Source: an uncultured Chloroflexia bacterium (lineage in GTDB: Bacteria > Chloroflexota > Limnocylindria > Limnocylindrales > CSP1-4). Taken from it: a stretch of DNA of 64,000 bases. Both the position numbers and the translations under genes were made by a program. The notes beneath the pieces were generated by a model, which was given only the letters and a program-made list of their open reading frames with translations, ran no database searches and had not been told where the DNA came from. The stretch is from positions 96,001 to 160,000 of the forward strand of contig CAVPPB010000001.1 in assembly GCA_963707215.1 (NCBI GenBank). Direction: 5' to 3'. Of the stretch, positions 8,449-16,869 are shown one piece after another; the stretch's first letter is position 1; the number at the start of each line of letters is the position of its first letter.

Positions 8449-9603
8449 ATGCACAGGCGACTGTTCGCCGGCGCCATCGCGGTCTTGGCAACGCTGGCAA
8501 TCGCTTCGCCGGCGGTCGCTGCACCGCCGGCCAACGACACCTACTCCGGCCGGGAGTTGCTCCTCGACCCGCTGCCGATCATGGTCATGGCGGATACCAC
8601 CGAGGCAACCACTGACGCAGACGACGCCGAGCTGGATGTCCAGTGCGGTGCGTCGGCGGTCGATGCTAGCGTGTGGTACGAGTACACGCCCACGCTGGCC
8701 GGCGACTACGAGATCAACACCCTCGCCTCGGACTACAGCGTCGGCGCGATCGTGGCCATCGGCGGCCCGGGCGGCTGGACCCTGTTGAGTTGCGGTCCCG
8801 GGACCATCCCCTTCACTGCGATCGCCGGGGAGACGTACGCGATCCTGATCTTCGACGACCAGACCGACGGAGGCGGCAACGGCGGCTATCTGGAGTTCTC
8901 GATTGCGCCGGTGGTGCCGAACGAGCCGCCGGTGGCCGACCCGAACGGGCCGTACCTGGGCGCGGTTGGTGCCGCGATCTCGTTTGACGGCACTCGATCG
9001 TCGGACCCCGAAGGCGACACGCTCACCTACGACTGGGACTGGGGCGACGGCACGTCCTCTACTGACGTTGGGTCCACGCCGACCCACACCTACGATGCCG
9101 CCGGCATCTACGACGTGTGTCTGACGGTGACCGACCCATCCGGCGCATCGGGTAGGGCCTGCACGTCGGCCGTCGTCTACGACCCGTCGGCTGGGTTCGT
9201 TACCGGCGGCGGCTGGATCGACTCGGTGGCCGGCGCATACGTGCCCGACCCGACGCTGACAGGCAAGGCGACCTTCGGGTTCGTGTCCAAGTACACGAAG
9301 GGCGCCGCTACCCCGACCGGCAACACCGAATTCGTGTTCCAGACCGCCGACCTCAACTTCCATGCGACGAGCTACGACTGGCTGGTCGTGACCGGCAGCG
9401 ACTACGCCCGCTACAAGGGCATCGGCACGATCAACGGCACGGGCGACTACAAGTTCCTGCTGTGGGCCGGCGACAACGACCCGGACACGTTCCGGATCAA
9501 GATCTGGACCGAAGACGCGGCCGGCGTCGAGGCCGTCGTCTATGACAACGGGATGGATCAGCCCATCTCGGGCGGCAGCATCGTCGTCCACACCAAGAGG
9601 TAG
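8449..9603 (+). CDS. Secreted PKD-domain protein
   Basis: Signal peptide; PKD motifs FDGTRSSDPEGD..YDWDWGDG..HTYDAAGIYDVCLTVTD; C-terminal GFVTGGGWI domain. Confidence 0.88.
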   Translation: MHRRLFAGAIAVLATLAIASPAVAAPPANDTYSGRELLLDPLPIMVMADTTEATTDADDAELDVQCGASAVDASVWYEYTPTLAGDYEINTLASDYSVGAIVAIGGPGGWTLLSCGPGTIPFTAIAGETYAILIFDDQTDGGGNGGYLEFSIAPVVPNEPPVADPNGPYLGAVGAAISFDGTRSSDPEGDTLTYDWDWGDGTSSTDVGSTPTHTYDAAGIYDVCLTVTDPSGASGRACTSAVVYDPSAGFVTGGGWIDSVAGAYVPDPTLTGKATFGFVSKYTKGAATPTGNTEFVFQTADLNFHATSYDWLVVTGSDYARYKGIGTINGTGDYKFLLWAGDNDPDTFRIKIWTEDAAGVEAVVYDNGMDQPISGGSIVVHTKR

Positions 9604-9725
9604 GAGCGACCGCCCACGCGTCCAGATCCGCCCAGAACGCCGAGGTGCCGCGCTCACGGCCCTCGGCGTCCCCTCGCACCTCCCAGGCCATCATCGCCGC
9701 CACGGCCTCCCCGGCAGCCTCCTGG
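9604..9725 (-). repeat. Repeat R2 copy B
   Basis: Minus strand reads AWEVRGDAEGRERGTSAFWADLDAW, homologous to copies A and C. Confidence 0.75.
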
Positions 9726-10000
9726 GTGCATGCGCGGTCGCGTGGACGGGGCGACCCTGGAAGACCGCGCTCTACTCCGGGCGCTCTCCTGGCTCCTCAG
9801 CCCGGAGGCCTCGGGCCTGCTCGCCTCCCACGGGTCCGGTGGTCGCATCCCGAGCCCAGTTGGTCGGATCCATCAGGCGAGAGAACCGCGCACCCAGCGC
9901 AGCCAGGCCGCCAGCACTCAGCGCGGCTAGCTCCTCATCGGCTTGGGCGCGATCCGCCTGCTGCTGCAGTGCTTCGTCGACGGCGATGAGCGCTTCGGAC

Positions 10001-10225
10001 ATGGCCTCGGCCGACCAGCCGTTCACGATCCGCTTCGCCAACAACGACGCTGGGGTCCCCCACAACGCCGAGATCAAGGACGGATCCGGAGCGACGGTCT
10101 TCCTGGGCGAGATCTTCAACGGCGTCGACACCCGCGACTATGCCGTGCCGGCGCTGCCGGCCGGGACCTACACCTTCGTCTGCACGGTCCACCCGAACAT
10201 GACCGGCACCCTGACGATCGGATAG
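10001..10225 (+). pseudogene. Cupredoxin-domain C-terminal fragment
   Basis: PHN and YTFVCTVHPNMTGTL type-1 copper ligands; no signal peptide or N-terminus. Confidence 0.7.
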
Positions 10226-10280
10226 GCGACCAGCCCGTCCCCTGGGTTGCCCTCGACGTGACACTTGGATACGAATCCAC

Positions 10281-10703
10281 GTGCACGGGAGGATCGCCTT
10301 GGAGATCGCGCTCGCCGGCTTGCTCACCCTGGCGGTGCTGACGCCGGTCGCCATGTACGTGCTTCGGCGTCTCGATGAGCCAGGGCCGTCGGCGTACGCC
10401 GATCCGATGGATTCCGTCTACAGAGCGAACGCGACGGTCGATGAGCTGCTACCGACGTATGCGGCCCTCGGGTACGCGGTAGTCTCCCGCTCCGAGTTCC
10501 AGGCTCACCTCTTCCGGACCGAACCAAGCCACAAGAGGGACTCGAGCCGGAACCGACCACGAGAGATTCGACTCCACACTGACTTCACCGACAATGTCTG
10601 GGCCGACGGTCGGGGCGCCGTCTGCCCTGTATGCGGCCATCCGCGCCGTGGCGAATTCCGCTGCGCGAGGTGCAAGTCGAGCGAGACGGGACTTCCAGCG
10701 TGA
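10281..10703 (+). CDS. Hypothetical membrane-anchored protein with C-terminal zinc ribbon
   Basis: N-terminal TM; CPVC...CARC. Confidence 0.55.
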   Translation: MHGRIALEIALAGLLTLAVLTPVAMYVLRRLDEPGPSAYADPMDSVYRANATVDELLPTYAALGYAVVSRSEFQAHLFRTEPSHKRDSSRNRPREIRLHTDFTDNVWADGRGAVCPVCGHPRRGEFRCARCKSSETGLPA

Positions 10704-10784
10704 TGGACCTTCGCTGGAGGGTGACTGGCGGTTCACCAAGCGGGAGTCGCGACCGGCCAAGGCGGCTGCCAAGGGCTTCCACCT

Positions 10785-10856
10785 AGCCTCCCGCCACGGC
10801 CCCCGCTTCCCAGTACGCCCCATCGCCGCGCTGGCGGCCCTCGGCCTCGGCCAGAG
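10785..10856 (-). repeat. Repeat R2 copy D (short, degenerate)
   Basis: CCAGTACGCC..GCGCTGGCGGCCCTCGGCC matches copy A. Confidence 0.55.
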
Positions 10857-10934
10857 CGGATCCGTCGTTTCGTCGTTCATCAGGGGCATCGTAGTCTGGC
10901 GCGGGCTCGGCCAGCCGGAGACGGGGGCGGCCGA

Positions 10935-11528
10935 CTAGACCTTCCCGACCGCGGCCGTGCCCACCGAGATGGTCGGTTCGCGGAACGGGCTGCGGTCCGC
11001 GAGCCGGGTGAACGTCACCGTGACGAGCACGGAGCCCTTCAGGAAGTACCCACGCTCCAGATCGTCGACCCAGAGGGCGCCATCGCCGATGTCGAGCGCC
11101 TCCGCTCGGTCAGCCAGCGCCTGCTTGGTGTCGGCGAACGTGTTGGCCCCGTTGCCGGGCTCGACCATCACCGACAAGCCACCCCAGTCCTCGACCCAGC
11201 GACATTCGGTCACATTCGGATCCTGGTCGGATCCGAGCCGGTTGAGGTCACCGTCAGTGGCGCTGGCGGCGTCCAGGCCCAGGGCCGCGGCGACGTCAGC
11301 GGCGGTGACCAGCTGACACGCGGTCAGGTCGGTGCCCGGGGCCGCCGGGGCACCCCCACTCTCGTTCTCGCCGGTGCCCTCGCTCGCCTCGGCCTCGGGC
11401 GATGACGTGGCCGAGGCCCCACTCGGGGCGCTGGTGGTCGCCGCACCGCCGCAGCCCGCGGTCGCGAGCAGCACGCTCAGGACGATCGTGGCGGTCGTAC
11501 GACCGCCGATTACGTGGACGCTCAACAT
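10935..11528 (-). CDS. Putative lipoprotein (DUF3558-like)
   Basis: Lipobox TAGC, Ser/Ala linker, ACQLVTAADV and paired Cys. Confidence 0.7.
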   Translation of the reverse strand: MLSVHVIGGRTTATIVLSVLLATAGCGGAATTSAPSGASATSSPEAEASEGTGENESGGAPAAPGTDLTACQLVTAADVAAALGLDAASATDGDLNRLGSDQDPNVTECRWVEDWGGLSVMVEPGNGANTFADTKQALADRAEALDIGDGALWVDDLERGYFLKGSVLVTVTFTRLADRSPFREPTISVGTAAVGKV

Positions 11529-11750
11529 CGCGCCACCCCCTTCTCCTGCATCGTGGGCGGCACCAGTCGAAGCGCCGCCGGCCGGGACCTACGGAGAGCT
11601 GCCTCGACCTCGCAGGCGTCCCTCGAATCGTACGACCAAGCACCAGCCCCTCCAGGGCCTAACACCCGGTGGCGAGGTGACCGACAGGCCGTTCCGGGCG
11701 CAACACTCGAGCCCGATGGGCGTCATCCCGCTGATCGAAGGAAGGTGCCG

Positions 11751-12158
11751 ATGTCCCTTGGCTGTTCCGGGCGGGCGGCGATCTTCGCGCTCGTCCTCCT
11801 CGTCGGCGCGCTGCCCGCTGGGGTGATCGCGGGAGCCGTGCCAGGCCGGATCGTTGGGCTGCTACAGCGGCGTGGGGCCGTTCCTCCTCCTCGTGGTGGT
11901 CGTGGTTGCCGCGGCTCTGATCGCGGCCTCACTCCCCTGGGCGAGAGGACGAGCCCGGATGGACGCTGGCCGCTGCATCGCCCGCGACCGCAACGGCTTC
12001 GAGGGCATCCTCGAGGCCGGCCACGTCGGTCCCCATGCGGCCTCCAGGGTGATCCGGAGCTGGGTCGACGAGCCCACGCCGCCCACCGAGAAGGAGTCGG
12101 CAGGCGTACTGGCCGAGGAAGCCACGACGGCAACCCCGGACCAACCCCACGGTCCTGA
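11751..12158 (+). pseudogene. Frameshifted or degraded small membrane protein
   Basis: RBS and ATG 11751 with hydrophobic N-terminus, continuing in another frame (GPFLLLVVVVVAAALIAA). Confidence 0.35.
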
Positions 12159-12246
12159 CAAGCCCACGACCGGGCGACGCCGTCCGTTCAGGCCCTCGGC
12201 CTCTAGACCCGTACGTTCCACGACCGGCACCCTGACCGCCATGGCA
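12158..12246 (+). promoter_or_regulatory. Repeated leader R1 with putative promoter
   Basis: CGTCCGTTCAGGCCCTCGGCCTCTAGACCCGTACGTTCC identical to 8280-8318. Confidence 0.6.
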
Positions 12247-12323
12247 CGGGGGGCGCTGACGCACGGTCCCAGAGCTACGGCCGCCTGAGCGGACCGTGCC
12301 GAGCCACTGGCGAGACCGACCCG
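12247..12323 (+). ncRNA. c-di-GMP-II-like riboswitch variant, copy 4
   Basis: Perfect 9-bp P3 GCACGGTCC/GGACCGTGC, pseudoknot, conserved 3' 23-mer. Confidence 0.8.
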
Positions 12324-12368
12324 CTGGACCCATCCGCAACGACGCGGAAGCTCGGGAGGAACACGGTC

Positions 12369-13022
12369 ATGGGTTCGGTCTCGCACTTGCGGCGCTGGCG
12401 CCTCGTCGTCGGCATCATGATCCTGAGCCTATTCGCGATCCCGGCAGCGGGCATCGTGGTCGGCGCCACGACGCCCTTCCAGCAGGTCATCGTGACCAAC
12501 CCCGAGGAGAGTCCAATCCCCGTGTCGCTGACGGGCAGCAACGCGATCTCGGGCACCGTCACTGTCGGCAACCTGCCCGCGACCCAGCCCGTCTCGGGGA
12601 CGGTAAACGTGGGGAACAGCCCGACGGTGCAACTCGCCTCCGACTCGATAGTGGCCGTCGTCAACCCGACAGACGACCAGCCGCTTCTGGTTCAGGAGGT
12701 TGCTTCGGCGACGCCGTCACCCGCGGAGATCCTGCCACCGACTGGCAACACCATCATCGGCCCTGCCCGGCTCCAGATGGACTCCGTTGGCACATATCCA
12801 ATCCTGAGGGGCACGGTGTCGCTCGACTTCTGCATCACGGTCGTTCTCCTCGATGCCAACGGCTACGCGGAATTCCAAGCGAACCCGACCAGTGATTCCA
12901 CCTGGTACGGCATCTGGCCCGATGGCCCATTGGCAAGGTGTGAGGCGAGCAAGCAGAACGCCAACATCGACAATCATGTGGCCGGGACAGCTCTGGTCTA
13001 TCGCATCGACAGAATCCCCTAA
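12369..13022 (+). CDS. Secreted or membrane-anchored hypothetical protein
   Basis: GGAGGA RBS, N-terminal hydrophobic segment, repeated SGTV(T/N)VGN; visibly lower GC. Confidence 0.75.
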   Translation: MGSVSHLRRWRLVVGIMILSLFAIPAAGIVVGATTPFQQVIVTNPEESPIPVSLTGSNAISGTVTVGNLPATQPVSGTVNVGNSPTVQLASDSIVAVVNPTDDQPLLVQEVASATPSPAEILPPTGNTIIGPARLQMDSVGTYPILRGTVSLDFCITVVLLDANGYAEFQANPTSDSTWYGIWPDGPLARCEASKQNANIDNHVAGTALVYRIDRIP

Positions 13023-13041
13023 CGATTGGGGCCGAGCCGTC

Positions 13042-13089
13042 ACCTCCCAGGGGTGTCGCTCCCCGGCTCCGTGGCCCGCTAGCGATCTC
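13042..13089 (-). repeat. Repeat R3 copy B
   Basis: Reverse complement aligns to 7734-7783. Confidence 0.75.
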
Positions 13090-13322
13090 CCACCGAGTAG
13101 CACCGCGACGACAACGTCCTGCCTGCGCCACGGTTCGGACATAGCCCGACGCTAGCCCTTGCTCAGAGGCACGCCGATGCGGATGTCCCGCAACCAGGGC
13201 GACCGGCCCAGGGAAGGGACGCGGGCCGTTGCGTCGACGCACCGGGTTCGCAGGCCCTCAGGCCGGCTGGTCGAGGATCGCGGGCTGCGTCTGGAGCACC
13301 GGTGGCCTACGCTCGGGGCATC

Positions 13323-13402
13323 GGCGGGAGGCACTGACGCAAGATCCGAGCCCACGGCCGCCGCACCGGACCGCGCCGAGCCACTGGCGAGACCGACCCG
13401 CC
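13323..13402 (+). ncRNA. c-di-GMP-II-like riboswitch variant, copy 5
   Basis: GGCGGGAGGCACTGACGC...CGGCCGCC...GAGCCACTGGCGAGACCGACCCGCC; P3 partly degraded. Confidence 0.7.
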
Positions 13403-13425
13403 CGTCTTACCCTGGAGGTGGCGGT

Positions 13426-13977
13426 ATCCGCAGGATCGGTCTCGTCGCGCTGGTGGTGCTCGCCTTGATGGCGTCCGCGACGATCGTCTCGGCCGACAAC
13501 GGCAAGGCGGTCCCCGGCTGGAACTCGAACTCCAGCAAGTACACGGCCATCTCGGTCGCCAACCCCAACGACCCGAGCGAGGTGTCGGCCACCCTGGTCC
13601 GCGAGCGAACCTCCGACGCGGTCCTCGACCAGCACATCACGGCCCTCAACAACTGTGACTGGGCCGGGCTGATGCAGCAGTACCCCGATCAGTACGAGCT
13701 GCGACTCCCCGGCGGGGTACTCGTCTCCGGTCGGGAGGAAGCGGCCGAGACGTTCGCCGGCTTCGTCAAGCCATACACCGAGGGCGGGCTCTGCGGGATC
13801 ATCTTCAGCGAGGTCTCCCGCGATGTCGTCGCCGGCACCCTGGCGGTGAGCTGGGTCGCCGATGCCCCCTTCCTGGCTGAGCCGTACTACGGCGCGGACG
13901 CCTACATCACCGACGACGGCCTGATGGTCTCGATGGTCAGCACCTTCGACGGCGCGGAGCTGGTCTTCGCTCCCTAG
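13426..13977 (+). CDS. Secreted SnoaL/NTF2-like protein (start uncertain)
   Basis: Signal peptide RRIGLVALVVLALMASATIVSA; VLDQHITALN..D...LM..Y NTF2-like pattern. Confidence 0.7.
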   Translation: MRRIGLVALVVLALMASATIVSADNGKAVPGWNSNSSKYTAISVANPNDPSEVSATLVRERTSDAVLDQHITALNNCDWAGLMQQYPDQYELRLPGGVLVSGREEAAETFAGFVKPYTEGGLCGIIFSEVSRDVVAGTLAVSWVADAPFLAEPYYGADAYITDDGLMVSMVSTFDGAELVFAP

Positions 13978-14159
13978 GCCGTCCTGGACGCGAAGAACGC
14001 CGGGGTGCCGCGCCCTCGGCCCTCGGCCTCAGCCAGCCCCTCCCAGGCCGCTACGGCCTCCTCGGCCGCCTCCGGGGGCATCCGGGCGACATCGCGCAAC
14101 CGGGCGACTTGGGCGGCCCGGGGGGCCTGGTGGATGCGCTCGGGATCGCGACGTCGCAT
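13974..14159 (-). CDS. 61-aa small hypothetical protein, the most complete copy (C) of repeat R2
   Basis: MRRRDPERIHQAPRAAQVARLRDVARMPPEAAEEAVAAWEGLAEAEGRGRGTPAFFASRTA; stop overlaps convergent gene at CTAG. Confidence 0.5.
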   Translation of the reverse strand: MRRRDPERIHQAPRAAQVARLRDVARMPPEAAEEAVAAWEGLAEAEGRGRGTPAFFASRTA

Positions 14160-14264
14160 GGCGGCGCGGTCGGGCCCGGGGGTTGACCTGCCGCTTGACG
14201 CGAGGCGGACGATCCCATCAGCGGCGACCTGCCCCGGGCATCGACGATCGACGAGGACCCTTCG

Positions 14265-14660
14265 ATGGACGTGCGACGGATCGGCTTCGTGGGGACGCGG
14301 ACCGACCACTTCTCCGAGACCACCCGGTTCTTTCGCGACGTCCTCGGGCTGGCCACGTACTACGAGCGGCCCGACTTCGTGATGCTCGCGCTGCCCGGCG
14401 CCGAACACGATTTCGTGGAGATCATCGGTCCCGACGCAGAGGGCTCGGAGTTCCAGGCCGCCACCTACACGACGGGCCCGGTGGTCTCGTTCGAGGTCAG
14501 CGACCTGGTCGCCGCCCGGGACGAGCTCGAGGCGGCGGGCGTCGAGTTGCTCGACGACATCACCTGGTCGCGCAGCATCGCCGGCTTCGGCTGGTTCCAC
14601 TTCCGGGGACCGGACGGCAACGTCTACGGGATGCAGGGCTCCCGGGCCAGCGGCGGCTGA
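14265..14660 (+). CDS. VOC/glyoxalase family protein
   Basis: FFRDVLGL, FEVSDL, FRGPDGNVY motifs. Confidence 0.85.
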   Translation: MDVRRIGFVGTRTDHFSETTRFFRDVLGLATYYERPDFVMLALPGAEHDFVEIIGPDAEGSEFQAATYTTGPVVSFEVSDLVAARDELEAAGVELLDDITWSRSIAGFGWFHFRGPDGNVYGMQGSRASGG

Positions 14661-14786
14661 GGCCCGCTTGTACCTGGGCGAGCAGGGACTGGGTCGGGGG
14701 CGACCGGCCGCTTCGCCGGGGCGGGGCGCTGATCCGCCCGCCTGATCCACGGTCCGCAGCCGGCCAGCCCGGACATCAGCGCGCGA

Positions 14787-15263
14787 CTAGCGAGCCAGGC
14801 GGACCCTCGGACCGTCGGTCCCGGCTCGCCAGGACTCGACGACGTGGGCGTCCCGGGTCTCGTTGAGGCGCACCAGCGAGGCGTCCTCGAGCTCGATCCG
14901 GAAGAGTGCGAGGCCGCCCGGACCCAGGTCATGCGGGATCCGTGCCACGAATTCGTCGAGCGCAGGGCCCCCGGTGACCTCGACGGCCCGACCGTGCAGC
15001 TTCGCCTCCCCGTCGGTCGCGGCGGCCTCCGCCCCGGCGCTGTGGAGTGACATCCGGGGATCCCGCCGAAGGTCCGCAGCCTTCATCGACTCCGGCATCC
15101 CCAGCCAGAGCTCGCCGTCGGCGAACGTCGGGACCACGCCGCTGATCCGCGGGAACCCGTCGGCCCGAAGCGAACCCAGCAGCGCATGGCTGCCCGACTC
15201 CAGGCGCGCCCTCACAGCCGCCGCCAGGTCCGGAGCGGAACGTTCGAAGCCTGCCCACGACAT
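14787..15263 (-). CDS. Pyridoxamine 5'-phosphate oxidase-like protein
   Basis: LGSLRADGFPRISGV and KAADLRRDPR motifs. Confidence 0.8.
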   Translation of the reverse strand: MSWAGFERSAPDLAAAVRARLESGSHALLGSLRADGFPRISGVVPTFADGELWLGMPESMKAADLRRDPRMSLHSAGAEAAATDGEAKLHGRAVEVTGGPALDEFVARIPHDLGPGGLALFRIELEDASLVRLNETRDAHVVESWRAGTDGPRVRLAR

Positions 15264-15435
15264 CACGACCGAGTCTACCGCCCGGCCGGAGCGTCAGCTC
15301 CAGATGGCATGTCCCACGCGGCCGCCTCGCTCCGGCGTCGGTCGCTCGTGGAGCGACGGGCCTTTGTGACAGAAGTCCCTAGGCGACCCTCCCTGCGACC
15401 CGGAGCATCGCGACAACCGTAGCCGGAGGGACTTG

Positions 15436-16869
15436 ATGACCGAGACCGTGATCGGACCTGTGGGCGGGGGAATCGACTCGGAGGCCGCCCTGGTGGACGG
15501 ATCACGGATCGCGGTGATCGGCGGTGGGCCGGCGGGATCGCTGTTCACCTACTTCCTGCTCGACATGGCCGAGCGGGTCGACACCCGCCTCGACGTCGAC
15601 ATCTACGAGCCGCGCGTCTTCTCCAAGGCCGGAGCGGTCGGCTGCAACATGTGCGGCGGGATCATCTCCGAGTCGCTCGTCCAGAACCTCGCGGTCGACG
15701 GTGTCTGGCTCTCCACCGACGTGGTCCAGCGCGGCATCGACTCCTACGTGCTCCACACGGACGTCGGCAGCGTCCGGATCGCGACCCCCAACGACGAGAT
15801 GCGGATCGGGGCCGTCCATCGCGGCGGCGGACCGCGGGACGTCACCGAGACCAAGTGGGAGTCGTTCGACCAGCACCTGATCGACAGCGCGATCGAGCGC
15901 GGCGCGAAGTTCATCAACGCCCGCGTCGAGGACGTCGGCCGCGCCGACGGTCGGCCGACGATCCAGGTCAAGGGAGGCGAGCCCGTCCCGTACGACCTCG
16001 TCGTCGTCGCGACCGGCGTCAACACCTCGATCCTCAAGATGTTCGAGAGCATCGGGATCGGCTACGAGCGGCCCAAGCTCACCAAGACGCTCATCCGCGA
16101 GTACTACCTGGGCACCGACGTGATCAACGAGGCGATCGGCACCTCGATGCACGTGTTCCTGCTCAACATCCCGCGCCTCGAGTTCGCCGCCCTGATCCCG
16201 AAGGGCGACTACGTGACCATGTGCCTGCTGGGCGAGGACATCGACAACGATCTCGCGGACGCCTTCGCGGCAGCGCCCGAGGTCCGGGCGGTCATGCCCG
16301 AGGGCTGGGACTCGGAGGCCAAGAGCTGTCAGTGCCTGCCGCACATCAACATCCACGGGGTGGAGAAGCCGTACGCCGACCGGGTGGTCTTCATCGGCGA
16401 CAGCGGCATCACCCGCCTGTACAAGGACGGCATCGGCGCGGCCTACCGGACCGCCAAGGCAGCCGCCCGGACGGCCCTCTTCGAGGGCGTCTCGGAGCGG
16501 GCGTTCCGGGAGCACTACATGCCGGTCTGCCAGTCCATCCGCGGCGACAACCGGATCGGTGAGTACGCCTTCGTCCTGACCCGCGTGGCCCAGCGCCTCC
16601 GGATCATGCGTCGCGCGATCATCGCCATCGCCCGCGACGAGCAGACGACCGGCCGTCGGCCGCGGCTCAGCGGGATCCTTTGGGACATCTTCTCCGGCAG
16701 CGCGCCGTACAGCGACATCTTCCGGCGGATGTTCGACCCGATGCTCGCCGTTCGTGGCGTCGTCGCGATGCCGGGGGTCCTCGTGTCGACCGTGCGCGGC
16801 TCGAGCGCGGCGCCCCCGGCGACCGCGCCGCCACCAGCAGGACCTGGATCCCAGGAGGTGGGCTCATGA
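15436..16869 (+). CDS. FAD-dependent oxidoreductase (geranylgeranyl-reductase-like)
   Basis: VIGGGPAG, CNMCGG, FIGDSG...DGIGAA motifs. Confidence 0.8.
   Translation: MTETVIGPVGGGIDSEAALVDGSRIAVIGGGPAGSLFTYFLLDMAERVDTRLDVDIYEPRVFSKAGAVGCNMCGGIISESLVQNLAVDGVWLSTDVVQRGIDSYVLHTDVGSVRIATPNDEMRIGAVHRGGGPRDVTETKWESFDQHLIDSAIERGAKFINARVEDVGRADGRPTIQVKGGEPVPYDLVVVATGVNTSILKMFESIGIGYERPKLTKTLIREYYLGTDVINEAIGTSMHVFLLNIPRLEFAALIPKGDYVTMCLLGEDIDNDLADAFAAAPEVRAVMPEGWDSEAKSCQCLPHINIHGVEKPYADRVVFIGDSGITRLYKDGIGAAYRTAKAAARTALFEGVSERAFREHYMPVCQSIRGDNRIGEYAFVLTRVAQRLRIMRRAIIAIARDEQTTGRRPRLSGILWDIFSGSAPYSDIFRRMFDPMLAVRGVVAMPGVLVSTVRGSSAAPPATAPPPAGPGSQEVGS

Noticed and set aside
9865-9880. RIHQA peptide on the plus strand matching the R2 protein
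   Set aside because: Opposite orientation with no flanking similarity; likely chance.
13017-13140. Integron attC site (CCCTAAC overlapping a stop codon)
   Set aside because: No complementary GTTRRRY end or L boxes found, other units lack the motif, and there is no intI in the window. An IntegronFinder run would settle it.
5240-13402. The 23-mer repeats as a CRISPR array
   Set aside because: Spacing is 0.7-4 kb with whole genes between copies, there are no cas genes, and the repeats fold as riboswitch aptamers.
4985-14300. Classical integrative island or prophage with attL/attR
   Set aside because: I found no duplicate of the tRNA 3' end and no integrase or phage genes.
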